Made by a program: the position numbers and the translations under genes
Assembly: GCA_000708835.1 (NCBI GenBank)
Contig: DF236957.1
Location: 186,001 to 250,000 of the forward strand
Source: Klebsormidium nitens
Taxonomy: Eukaryota; Plantae; Klebsormidiophyceae
Length of the DNA: 64,000 nucleotides
Direction: 5' to 3'
Shown: one piece after another, positions 37,101 through 47,700 of the stretch
Numbering within the stretch: the first letter of the stretch is position 1
Layout: each line of letters starts with the position of its first letter
Notes under the pieces: model-generated
The model's database searches: none
The model's input: only the letters and a program-made list of their open reading frames with translations
What the model was told of the DNA's origin: nothing

Positions 37101-40100
37101 CGCTCGAACTGGAGGACTTCGAGGAGCGCCACGTCGGAGGTGGTGTGAATGGCCACCGTGACGTCAAGCAGGACGCAGAGCTCCCCGCTGGGGAGGCAGT
37201 GCGACAGGAGCGCGCCGCGCGCGAGGCCGCCCGCCTGGTGGGGGTCTAGATTGCCCTGCAAATGAACAAAATTGCTTCGTGCTTCATTGAAAATTAAAGG
37301 TGTGATAAAGTAACCAAGACAAGGTCATGTAAGAGCTATCGTGTAGCTGTTGAGTCTGATTCAAGCCGAGGCGCCGAGGTCCTGTCTCTGATGGGAGGGT
37401 CCGCCAGGTCCACTTCATCCTGTTATGTAGCGAAGTAGGCAGATGACATATTAGGGTCCGATGCTGGTTCAGATTTGTGACATGACGAACCAAGGCTTAT
37501 GCCCTTTTAGGGCTATGTTGTGGGCGATAACTTCGAGTGGCGCAGAGTACCTATTCCTAGCAAGTTTGTAGGCCGGCCGCCTGGTGGAGCTCCAGAGTGC
37601 CCTGCGAGGCACCGACTCTTGGCGCTCAATGTTCGTGATAAAGAGGCCGCTTCCGTCAGCTTCTTTGAAGCATCCCTGTCATCACGAAAGAAGACCTTCA
37701 AAGCAAGCCACCAATGAAACACGAGGATCAGCGTCAAGGCTGCAAAACCCGCTCCAACAGGCAGTGCCGTACTTGGTCCTCTTCATTGTAATGTTGTATG
37801 TGTAGTGGTGAACGTGCGATAACACAGTCCCTGAACCAACTTGTCAGAGTAATACATCCATATCTACAAGGAGCACAACGACATGGTTTGTCGAAACCCT
37901 CACCTGTTCCGTGAAGATGGGGGTGCACCCATGCACTCCCCCCTCGCTCCCCCACCCTAGTTCCGCCACCCCTCCCCCCGCCCCTCCCCGTTGGCTCATA
38001 TCCACCGACGGCCGTCGGCTCGTGTGCGCGCTCCCCGAGGGGGTCAACTGCACCAGGTGGTTCGAGATGTTGGGCACCCCCCCGGCGCCGAAGCTCCCGC
38101 CACTGCCCGCGCTGCGCTGCCGCCGGTGGCTCGGGATCGTCTCACTCCCTGCAGAGCTTAACACAATACTTTGTTCTTGCTGGTTAGCGTTATAAACATG
38201 GTGCGTTTTGGTGTCAAGTGTCCGGTTCAGGGATGTTTGGTTCAACCCGAATTCCCCAGCGCCGAAGCAAGCCGCCCTGCCGGCGCTGCGCTGCTGCCTG
38301 TGACTCACGATCGTCTCATTTCCCGAAGAATCTGACACAAAGTGTTCTTCTTTGCTGTTATCGATCGTGATCTGTGGGTCTGTGTCGAAAGTCTGGTATT
38401 GTGGGTCTGTGTCGAAAGTCTGGTACTGGTCAAGAAGGATCCAGGGCGCCAAAGCTCTTGCCAGTGCGGTTGCTGCGCTGACACGCCCACCACTGCCCAA
38501 GAATACGCTGCAGCTAACGGCTTCAAATGATATGAAACTAATCTTGTTGCGAATCTCGTTTTCTATAATATCTTCTGTGTCTCTCGTGTGCAATGATTGG
38601 CATTTCGACCGGCACGCCCTGAGCCCGAGCATGTGCTGTTTTCATAGCTGTATTGCAATGGTGGTTCTGGCTCGTCTTGAATTTAAATGGATAAGAGCAC
38701 TGCACTCCAAATATGACCCAATAGTAGTCCTCAAGAATAGCCTATCCACAAACCAAGCCATAACTTACTCACTTACTCAACAACGCCAGCCGGACAACAG
38801 GTAGACAGAGCCTGGCGCAGATCCAAAAAGCACTCGGCGCCCATCGACCATCATCATGCTCCTCAAAGCCAAAAGATTGACGACTCACCGTCAGACAGCT
38901 GGACGAAGAAGTGCGAGCGCCGCAGGCTGTCCAGCTGCAGTTGGCTCCGCCGCAGAGCGCCCTCCCGCCGCAGGCTCGACATGCTCTTGAGCAGCCGGGG
39001 GGGGTCGGATCCTGCAGCGAAACAGCCCCTGAGATCAGAAAAACGGGGACATTCACGTCCATCTATGGATACCTTAGTCATTATAAACGATGATAGACTT
39101 CTCGTTCCTAACCGAAGGCGCTGAAAACTGTTCCCTCTCATTGCAAACGTCACACGGGCTTCGTCTACCAAGTTCTTTGGAAGTGTGGGGGCTGTGTATG
39201 TGCCCTATGTACGTTAACTTCAGGGGTCTGGGATTGTGAGGTGTAAACGAATCGCACAATAGCCCGGCTCTGACCTGGCCCGGCGCGGCCCCTTGACGGG
39301 GGCTCCGAAGGCGGTGCTCCACTATTCCTCCGGCTAGGATTCCGCTCTCCATCGCCTCTCAGTTGCGCCGAAGACTCCGCCCCTGGAGGCCGGACAGCTG
39401 CGTTTGCGTCGGGTGATGCAGTGGCATCTGAAATTGAGCCGGCGTTGCCAGGGAGGATGTCGCGGGCTGGAACAACTAGGGAGGGCCGACTGCTGCTGTG
39501 AGCGGATGGGGGCAGGTCCTGGGGCTTGGTGTGCACCAAAATGTGGAGATGCTCGCCTGCGGGAATTAGTTGTGACTTCAAGATAAAGCATAACACCCGA
39601 ATCAATGAAATTATTCTTGGACTTTCAGAGCCCTCTACTCTGGCTATTTTGGGATCTAACATGTATAACATGTCTCGTACATCTGTTTGACAAGGTGCGT
39701 GACTCTCATTACGAGCAATTTGGAAATAGAGTCTGAAGACCGCCAAAAAGAACAAAACCTGCAGTTCAGGGTCGATTGAAAACAGCACACAGCTGTCTGG
39801 TCGGCCCCCAGTGCAACACTAACCCAAAACTGAAGCATCAAATCCGGTGCGTCGGGCCATTTCACTTCAGTATACCATGAGTGGTTGCCCATCGGACGCC
39901 CTTCAGATAAGCTCTTTCAGCTCCTGACTCCACACGACACTCATCGAACTGAACGGAGCAGATTGAGGAGGACAAGAGCAGAAGAGGCAGTGTGACAAGG
40001 GACGGGACTGAAGGGGGCAAAAAAAAGTGTTCACTCCACACCTGGAAACACAAAGTCTCTGCTGAGGACCGGTATGCTGGCCACCTCCTTGGCAGCGGCC

Positions 40101-40252
40101 CACCCCTGAGAGAGTAGCCCCTTGGGCAACAGAATGCCCCCCTCATCGCTTAGGACGTTCATGTGGTCGGCAAGCGCCATGCGACTGCGGCGGACTCTCC
40201 GCTCTCCATAGTAGTTCCCGGCGGGCACCAACGGGGGCTGCCCTGCTTCGGC
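31136..40252 (-). CDS. TRIPP: TRAPPII-associated TRIPP homologue; 5'-most exon(s) unresolved; one apparent 1-nt deletion
   Basis: Exons on the - strand: 40252-40042, 39556-39275, 39011-38889, 38148-37904, 37255-37079, 36791-36357, 35659-35462, 34509-34189, 33808-33687, 33228-33031, 32277-32060, 31334-31136. Motifs matching Arabidopsis At3g17900 from memory: SRDFVFPGE, RRSHFFV, LEVLQFE, LLQWLLP, LLSFRGAPLE, CGLEG..VPGKRW, SLPNL.LR.GEQHSFI, CRCSHTESRL, SHLWLQNVVPLG, LLPLSDGIITLDTLQ. All phases are consistent except exon 34509-34189, which is 321 nt where 322 is needed. Confidence 0.85.
34430..35113 (-). repeat. Six-copy degenerate tandem array of [branch point + acceptor + exon start] units in the TRIPP gene
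   Basis: On the - strand, GCAG|GTRGG junctions have exon-side starts at 35109, 34969, 34862, 34720, 34595 and 34509 (spacings 140, 107, 142, 125, 86). Each is followed by a partial copy of the VGDAQSLPNLPLRPGEQHSFILRP coding sequence and preceded by TTAACC/CTAAC-containing intron sequence. Confidence 0.93.
38080..38350 (-). repeat. Two-copy duplication of an acceptor and exon start in TRIPP; the upstream acceptor is mutated
   Basis: GSETIPSHRRQRSAGSGGSFGAG versus GNETIVSHRQQRSAGRAACFGAG (offset 174). The upstream copy has TTCG|GG in place of TGCAG|GG. Confidence 0.85.
38373..38426. repeat. 27-bp direct tandem repeat, 2 copies, intronic
   Basis: TGTGGGTCTGTGTCGAAAGTCTGGTA(T/C) occurs twice. 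Confidence 0.9.
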
Positions 40253-41267
40253 CTGCAAACCAAAATGGATTGGGGGGCATATTTGCAAACTGTTGAAGGC
40301 TCCACATTCTCGCTCAAGTTCCCGCGATTGAAATTGATTGAATGTCATAGATGCATTCTTGGAGTTGGTACAACCAAGGGCATGGATTAGTACGAGGGGC
40401 TCAAGAATGTGGGGTTGTCTCATGTTCAAACTGCCTGGAGATGAGAGATGCATGAATGTCATTGGAGGCTTTCTTGGTGCTGCTCCAATCAGGGCTTGGA
40501 ATGATGAGTTGCGAAGGACATCTGGTTCTGGTTCTACTCTCAAAGGTCTAATAGCTAGCGCACTATAATGATTGTGAAATACCCTGCAGCGTACGAGCTG
40601 AAAACTCTTTTGGCGCCTACAACCAATCTGCGCCCAATATGGAACGCCACAGAGGATTATTTCCAAGCAACAACTTGGTCAAATGGATAGCTTTAGGACT
40701 GTCTCGCTTACTAGTCTACCACCACAGAGAAAGCCCAAGTACCTGAATGTAAGCACTAACTCAGCTACATCCGCAATTCACCTGGGAGTCCTCCGAAATC
40801 ATCACAATGTTTCAACCACCACTATGAAAATTCTACCAGGTCAATATTCCTTCTCTATGAACCAGATTGGACATTGCAAGCCAGATTGCAAGAGCTCAAT
40901 TGGTTGAAAGAATCGAAAGCCAGAATCCAACATAGGCCTATCAAGCTAAAAGTGCAGCGCTGCTCCTACTTTGCAACATTCCGGATCAATGCAAGGCAGC
41001 TTCTGCTTACCTGCGGGACGAGTGGTGCTTGCAGCTCTTTGCCCTCCACCGGACTTTGGAGAGTAGCCATCCCTAGCCCAGGCCGCCTTTGGATTCTTCC
41101 ACTTGTGCCAAGTTGTGGTGTCCTGCATGAAACCTTTTTGCAAATTGTAGAGGACAGAGCTCTGCATCAAAAGGAGCTCTGAGTCTGTAGCCTGTAGTCT
41201 GTACAGTGTAGGCTGTCGTGCCAAACCACTATGCATGTGCAGCTTCTCCTCTGAAGGTCATAATAAG

Positions 41268-41276
41268 TTAGGGTTT
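41268..41276. promoter_or_regulatory. Possible telo-box in the bidirectional TRIPP / phosphoesterase promoter region
   Basis: Exact TTAGGGTTT between the two divergent genes. Sequence match only. Confidence 0.25.
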
Positions 41277-41706
41277 GCTGTCTGTTTTCGTGGCCGAAGG
41301 GGTGGCTACTGGGACTGGACGGCCAAAACACCAAAATTTGGGACGGAACCCTAGACTCAGAGGTGCTCAGAGGTGCGATGTCCCCAAAAGTCGTGCCATT
41401 CAGTCGTGCTGTGGATCCTGTCGTGGATCCTCTCGCACTTGAGCTTCTGACAGTGAAGCCTAGGGCTAAGCCTAACGTTGCTGCCTAAAACTTGCAAGGC
41501 CCTTCTTGCTCATTGAAGGCCATTCTGGCTCAGTCTTGCTCAGGTTTACGGCAATGCAGGGGGTTCAGCTGCCTCAATAAAAGGTGTCCCCAGCGCCAAT
41601 CTAAATCGGTTCCTCCTCTACTTCTCCTCCGTGCTCACTCGTCATCATTTGGTATAGAAGGAGCTTTCAGCAGCTGAGCTCTGGGCCTCATCAAACCCAG
41701 TTCAGG

Positions 41707-44700
41707 ATGAGCGGTCGGCGCGTCAGGATTGCCATCATCGGCGATGTGGTGAGCTCTCACAGATTCAAGTTGACCTGGTGGGCCCCAGCATTGTTGACTG
41801 ACATTATGTGTGAGTTTCATGGTTGCGTCCATCATACCTCTGATGGCCCCTCCAGCATGAAACCCAGCATTCCTGGAAGATGCATCTTGCTCTTGCTTAC
41901 ATCATTTTAGTCACTAATACTCGGTGCAAAGGTGAAAGACGAAGCGTTTTTAAGCACCTTAAGGGTTCCTGTACTTCTGCTTTCATAGAAAGACATCTCA
42001 TCTGGTTAAAGCGTCGCATGCCTTCAAATAGACCTTGCGTAGAGAATGCCGCATGCTCTGATTTTGCAAAATCTTATATGCAGCACGAGGTTTGGGATGC
42101 TGATATTGACAGAAGAGCGCTAGAAAGCTTGGAGGTTAGTCCACCAATCCTTGTTCTCCACTTTTACTTTGAACTTTTGGATTTGATTGCAAAGGTGGTG
42201 CACATGCTCCTGGTGATCATACTCTGCTTAATTGACTGCCAACGAGACTTTTAAGAAAAGCATGCCATGCTTGTTTTGTTCAAAGGCTCACTCTTTCACC
42301 TCACCCTTGATTTGCTGATTGAGGGGGGAAACCCCCCTGTGAATGTTGCTTTTTAAAGGTGCTTCACAAAGTTTATCAGCAGAGACCTGTGAGACCCTAC
42401 TGTGAGACCAGAGTTCAACCAGAAAAAGACGTTAAAAACGTAAACCCCTGCTTGATAGTATTACAGGAGAGCTTGTCACATGTCCAGTTACTTGTGGAAT
42501 CTGCTTTCCACTATTGTCAAGCAAGAGGTGTCAGGTCGTTCAAATCACCCCTGAGTCAACATAAGATTCCTGCTGATGTGAGTTTCCCAACGCCCTCAAT
42601 CCTGTCTGCAGGTTGACCTGACCCTCTTCGTAGGTGAGTCCGAATTCCAGAATTGAGAACCTAGTGTCAAACATCAGCAGTTTGATAATTGCAAGCAGAA
42701 AAGATCTTCCGCGGACAAAACAAATTCTACTTGATGTCCAAGCCCCATATGTGCTACCACTCTAATCAGCTGCGTAGACCCATCTTTCAGCACCGTCCAA
42801 CCCCTGTCAGAAGGCTCATCAAGTTGGAATAACAACCTTGGGTTTGTCAATCTTGGTGGCCGCTGTCTTTTCTGTTAAGGAAATTTGCTTATGCTCCTCA
42901 ATGATGGCTGTTTTGATGGACAGGCGACTTTGGCGAGCAGAAGGTGGAGCTTGTCCAGGCAGTCAGTGAGCTGCCCGTGCCGAAGGCGGTCATTCTGGGA
43001 AACCATGACGCCTGGCTTCCTTTCGGGCCCAAGAAGGAGTTAGCAACGCCTTCTTCGTCGCTCCATTCCTCGGAAAAGTTCATCAGTAGCGAGTTCTCAG
43101 TTTTTTTTGCAGTTGAGCCTGCTTTAGTGATTTTTTTTTTCTTCACAATGCTTTTACAAGCTCTGGTTACACTATCGGTTTGTGACATCAGCTGAGGGCC
43201 AATGGAAGCCAAGGGGAGAGGATGACCGTTGACTCTTCTTCTCCTGAAACCTCTCCTGAGCCCTTACGGCAGCTTGTGGTCATCGAGTTTTTGACTTCAA
43301 TGTTCAGATCTCAAACGTTCAATGTTTGAGGCCTTGCATTGTCTGCCACCATCACCGCTTGCATCCCCTATTTAGACTTCTTGCACTATTTGCACTCTCC
43401 CAGGATCGCTGTACTTCGATTGAAACAAGAATTTCTGTATGCTATCATTGGATCTCTGGTCTTGATCAGTGCTTACATTCATGTTTAAAAGCTTTTCGTC
43501 AAATGCATAGCACATTTCCTCAGACTTATCATGCACACTCTGGTCTGAATCTCGGTTACTTTCCATCTGAGCAGTGTTTCTACTCCGTTCCCCTCTGCAG
43601 GGATGGCATTGACGGGGTGCAACAGCAACTTGACCTGTGAGCAATCATCTCAAGACTCCTTCAGACTTTCCAAAATCCCAAGGACTTGAAAATCTGCGGC
43701 TAAGGCTTCCAATCAAAGGATAGGGCATCAGATTTTCTTGTCTAGCAATGGAGATGTTATGAGGTGCCAGCTGGGTTCTGTGAGCACGTATTTTCAGCAC
43801 AGGAAGTCCTCAAGCAAGAGCTGCTAACTCCTTTGCTTAGTGTTAGAAGAACTCGGCACTTTCCATAATTTGACGATACTTGAAGCTTGATCGAAAGCGT
43901 ACTGATTGCAACCAAGAACTGAAGTTCGACGCTCCTTCAGCGCAGGCTTGGCGAGTGCCACGTGGGCTACGGACGGCTCGACTTTCCGGACCTGCAGCTG
44001 AGCGTCGTGGGGGGACGCCCGTTCTCGTCCGGCGGCACTGATTGGGAGTCTTCCGCAGCTTATTCAAAGAAAAGGTGTCACGCTACTCCCTTTCCTTTGA
44101 AATGTTCGTCAAGGCGCTATTGCAAGGGACGTCTCCACAGATAGTACCGATTCAGAAGCCAGCCAACGCTGCAACGATCTGATTGAGAGCATATGAAGAC
44201 AGCGTCTGGTGCTTGAGAGATGTCTGCGGACGGCTCTGCTGCAACACTGAAGAAACTTCGAAAAGCCCGTGATCGGACTTAGAGTATGTCTATTGATATT
44301 GATGCAAGGTTTTCCTTCCTGTAAAGCCACAGGTCGAAACGTTCTCATGCGAACGTTACTGACCAGAAGCTCTTACCGCTTCTCTCGTTGCTTCCGCAGG
44401 TACGGGTACACCAGCTTCGACGAGTCTGCACGAGCGATCGCCCAGCAAGCGCTCGCCGCCCCTCGCGACGACACGCTGATCGTCATGGCTCATAATGGCC
44501 CCACAGGTGGGCAAAATCTCAAACTTGACTGAGAAACAATTTGTGGTGTCTGTGGGTCAGGACTGCCCCGTTTTTGAGTCCTTCTATGGACATAGTCTTT
44601 ATCCTGGCCCACTTTTGAATATTCTGTAACGAACAAAATGAGGTCATTGTGGGCTAGGACGGCCCCGTTTCGAGTCGTTTTGTCCGGAACTTCGAAAACA

Positions 44701-47700
44701 ATCTGGAAACGATGTTCATGTGAGGGCCATATCAAAGATTTACAGGCACAAAGCAGCAACCGTTTCTAGACCAGTGGAAACTATTTTCTTTATGCCTCTT
44801 GCTGTGAGGCCTCAATTGCCACGGCCAGAGGCCAGAGCACCAATTGCAAGCAGAAACGAAGAAATGGAAGCAAGTGAGCATCTGGTCAAACGCCGCTCCC
44901 ATGATCCGCAGGTCTTGGCGATCGGCCGGAGGACATTTGCGGAAGAGACTTTGGGCGGCCTGCGGGGGGCGACTACGGAGACCCAGGTAAAACCTCTTGC
45001 TTTGTTGCCCCACGCTCGAGCCCTGCCAACGGGGACCCCTACTTTCTCGTCGAGATCTCCGAGCTCGTGTGGCGAATAGCACTCACGTTACTTGATTCAT
45101 GGCCCTTTAAAACGATCACGAGTCAAAGTTGTCTGGACCGGGATGGGAGTCTTACTGGATGCCAATATTGCTGACTGGAAAGTGACCGAGACTTTTGGCG
45201 GCCAACCTTTCTGTTTTGGCCAAGACTGGGCCTTCCGTTCGCGACAAAGCCGCTGCGCCGATGCCGCAATGTTACCAGCCGTTGCCCATACTATTCTGTA
45301 CCTTCAGATCCTCGCAGAAAATTGGTTAGTGTTAAAGCGCGGTTTCAGAAATGTACACTTTGATTCCATGTCGCCAGAGTTGCTGCGGGTCGAAGGAGCC
45401 TGCGGCTGTGAATGAGGCCAGGAAAGCGAGCATTGGTTTGCTCAACCAGTCCCACAAGCGCTCGGATGCTGCTCGAATAGCTGTGAACTTCATTGTCGTG
45501 TATTCGAGTTTCTCAAATGTTCATGTTTTTTGTCGCCCCAGAATTGATTGTTGTAAGAGCCCATTTAGGTCTGCTTGTCGGGCAGCTACTTGGTGCGGGA
45601 TATGGTAAAGCAAGATCACACGATATTTGCAGACCTCGAACTACAAGGTTTCGAGTGGGTCGTCAAAAACAAAGAGTTTTACCCCGTCCTGTATCTGAAT
45701 GTTTCAGGGGCGCGGGCAGTTAAGTGCCGAAGGGCCGGAAGTTTGTTTAGTACGAAAGACGATTAAGGTTGTTTGCGGCAATGACGATCGGAAACTTGAG
45801 GATCCTTAGCTCAAAGTGCGCGTCCATCAAGCAGGAAGCCGCCAAAAGTGCCGCTCATCGCTCGCCACTTCAATTCCCGGCGTGGAATCTGATACTCGAA
45901 ACCTGCAAGCTGACTGCCTGCCAGCGGTAAATGCATTTCCAGTCCTCAAACTTTTTAAGAGCGTCCTGAATGCTACGATTGGCCATGCTTTTGGTCGTCG
46001 CCAGGATCACAGGAGGGACGTCCTCTGTAGTTCTGGGCATGCTTACATCAATGTCATCTCTCTTGCGTTTCACATGCCTCGTGCATTGTCTAGGATTGTG
46101 CAGCGACTTAGCCTTTGATTCTGCCTGTTTAGAAGCACTTGTGTAGCGGCACTCGGAGCTTTCTCGACAATTCTGAAGTCAGCCGACCTTGTTAGTTGGC
46201 GTGTGGTGGCGACGGGTATGCCCTGTCCGAATATAAGCCTAGCTTCGTTGCTTGTTCGGTTTCGGAAGCCGCTCGTTGAGCAGTAGAATTGTTCGATTGG
46301 TTTTTGTCAAGCGGATGCGTCTCGTGGCGCACTCGCTGAACATTGTCAGACGCATTCGCAGCCTCCCAAAGTGGTTTGAAGCAGATCCAAGGGGATCGAA
46401 CATAAGGAGAAAGTGCAGCGGCTGTTGCGAGCTGAGCTTCTTATGAGCAATTCGTTGGCGGAGAAATCATCCGCTGAAGGTCATTCTGGGCTGTGAAGAC
46501 CGCAAACGCGCAAGGATTGTCTTGCTTAGGGCAATTTGTTGCGCCCCAAGTTACGGAGGCCACTCATTGAAGTCTGTACAGTTGACGATCCCAACGATCA
46601 CCGTATGCAAGGTGGCTTCACAATCAGAGTCTTGTCCTACGTCTCCCGTTGGTGCAGTTTTGCCAGAGTGCTTGCCAACGCTCTTTGCAGCAAGATTGCT
46701 GATGTCAAGTGCCAGACAAGCGACGGTCTGTGTGTTGCCAATTTATCCGTGGACGGTAGATGCTAGTGGCGGTGATGAGGCCAAACATACGAGCACCGCT
46801 TGCTCATATCCTGCAGTTTCTTTTGACTTTTTGATGTCCCTGAGTGTCCTTTTCCTTCCTGTGTTGATCGAGCCTTGTTTCTAGCAACAGTTGGTGACAG
46901 TGGGCTTTGCATGCAACTTGTGCAACCTTCTTCTTGGCCACATGATCCATGCTGGTTTTAAATGAATGAAGAAGCCACCGTATTTTGCTTTCTTTACCAA
47001 TGGGCGACGCCGGAGGTTACAGCAAGCTCAGCACACGAGCATGGTTTCGCCAATACGATCTTACATTGCCCATGCAGTAGCCAGTCCAATATTGTCTTGT
47101 CGACGTCATTTGTGTGAGTCAAAGCACAAGTCAAGCGATTCCTTGTGTCAAACCGCAAGTGGGTTGTTAAGCCGTTGCAGCCTCCATTGGTACCATCCGT
47201 CTGGCACTCTCGCGCTAATGGACCACCACTGGCTTTTGGCTGTTCTATGGTGGCAGTGCGTCCCTGGCTCAGACCAGCCCCTCCCCAAAAGTGTCGTTTG
47301 GGCCAACAGGCTTCCCGATCGAGGAGTCCTCGGTGTTGGTAGAAAGTTGGTCTTGTGGGTTCAGAGTAAGGTTGGTATCCGGGTTTGCCCTTCGCTTCGT
47401 GAAGATACGTGTTTAGCGGCAGTCTATCTCGTTGCTCAAGACCGGCTACTGATGCTTGTTGCGACTTCATTCCCTGGGGTTTCATATTCTAAGTTACGAG
47501 CCTCGCTCTCCTCAAGGAGCGGCTGCGTCTTGAAAGCTGCTCAATACCCTTTTCGTAATTGGTCGCACTGGTGTCAAAATGGAATACACGACACTCATCA
47601 GCTTTTGCCAGACCAGCGGTTGGCGCCGACCCCATGTTTGCAGCCTACGCGTAGACGAGATTCCTCGTGCCGAAATGCCAATCGTTGTTTTTCTTCTGGA

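Noticed and set aside
40500-40560. TLKGLIAS on the + strand, resembling the TRIPP N-terminal TLEGLIAE motif
   Set aside because: It is on the wrong strand for the TRIPP gene, so the true first exon was left unresolved.
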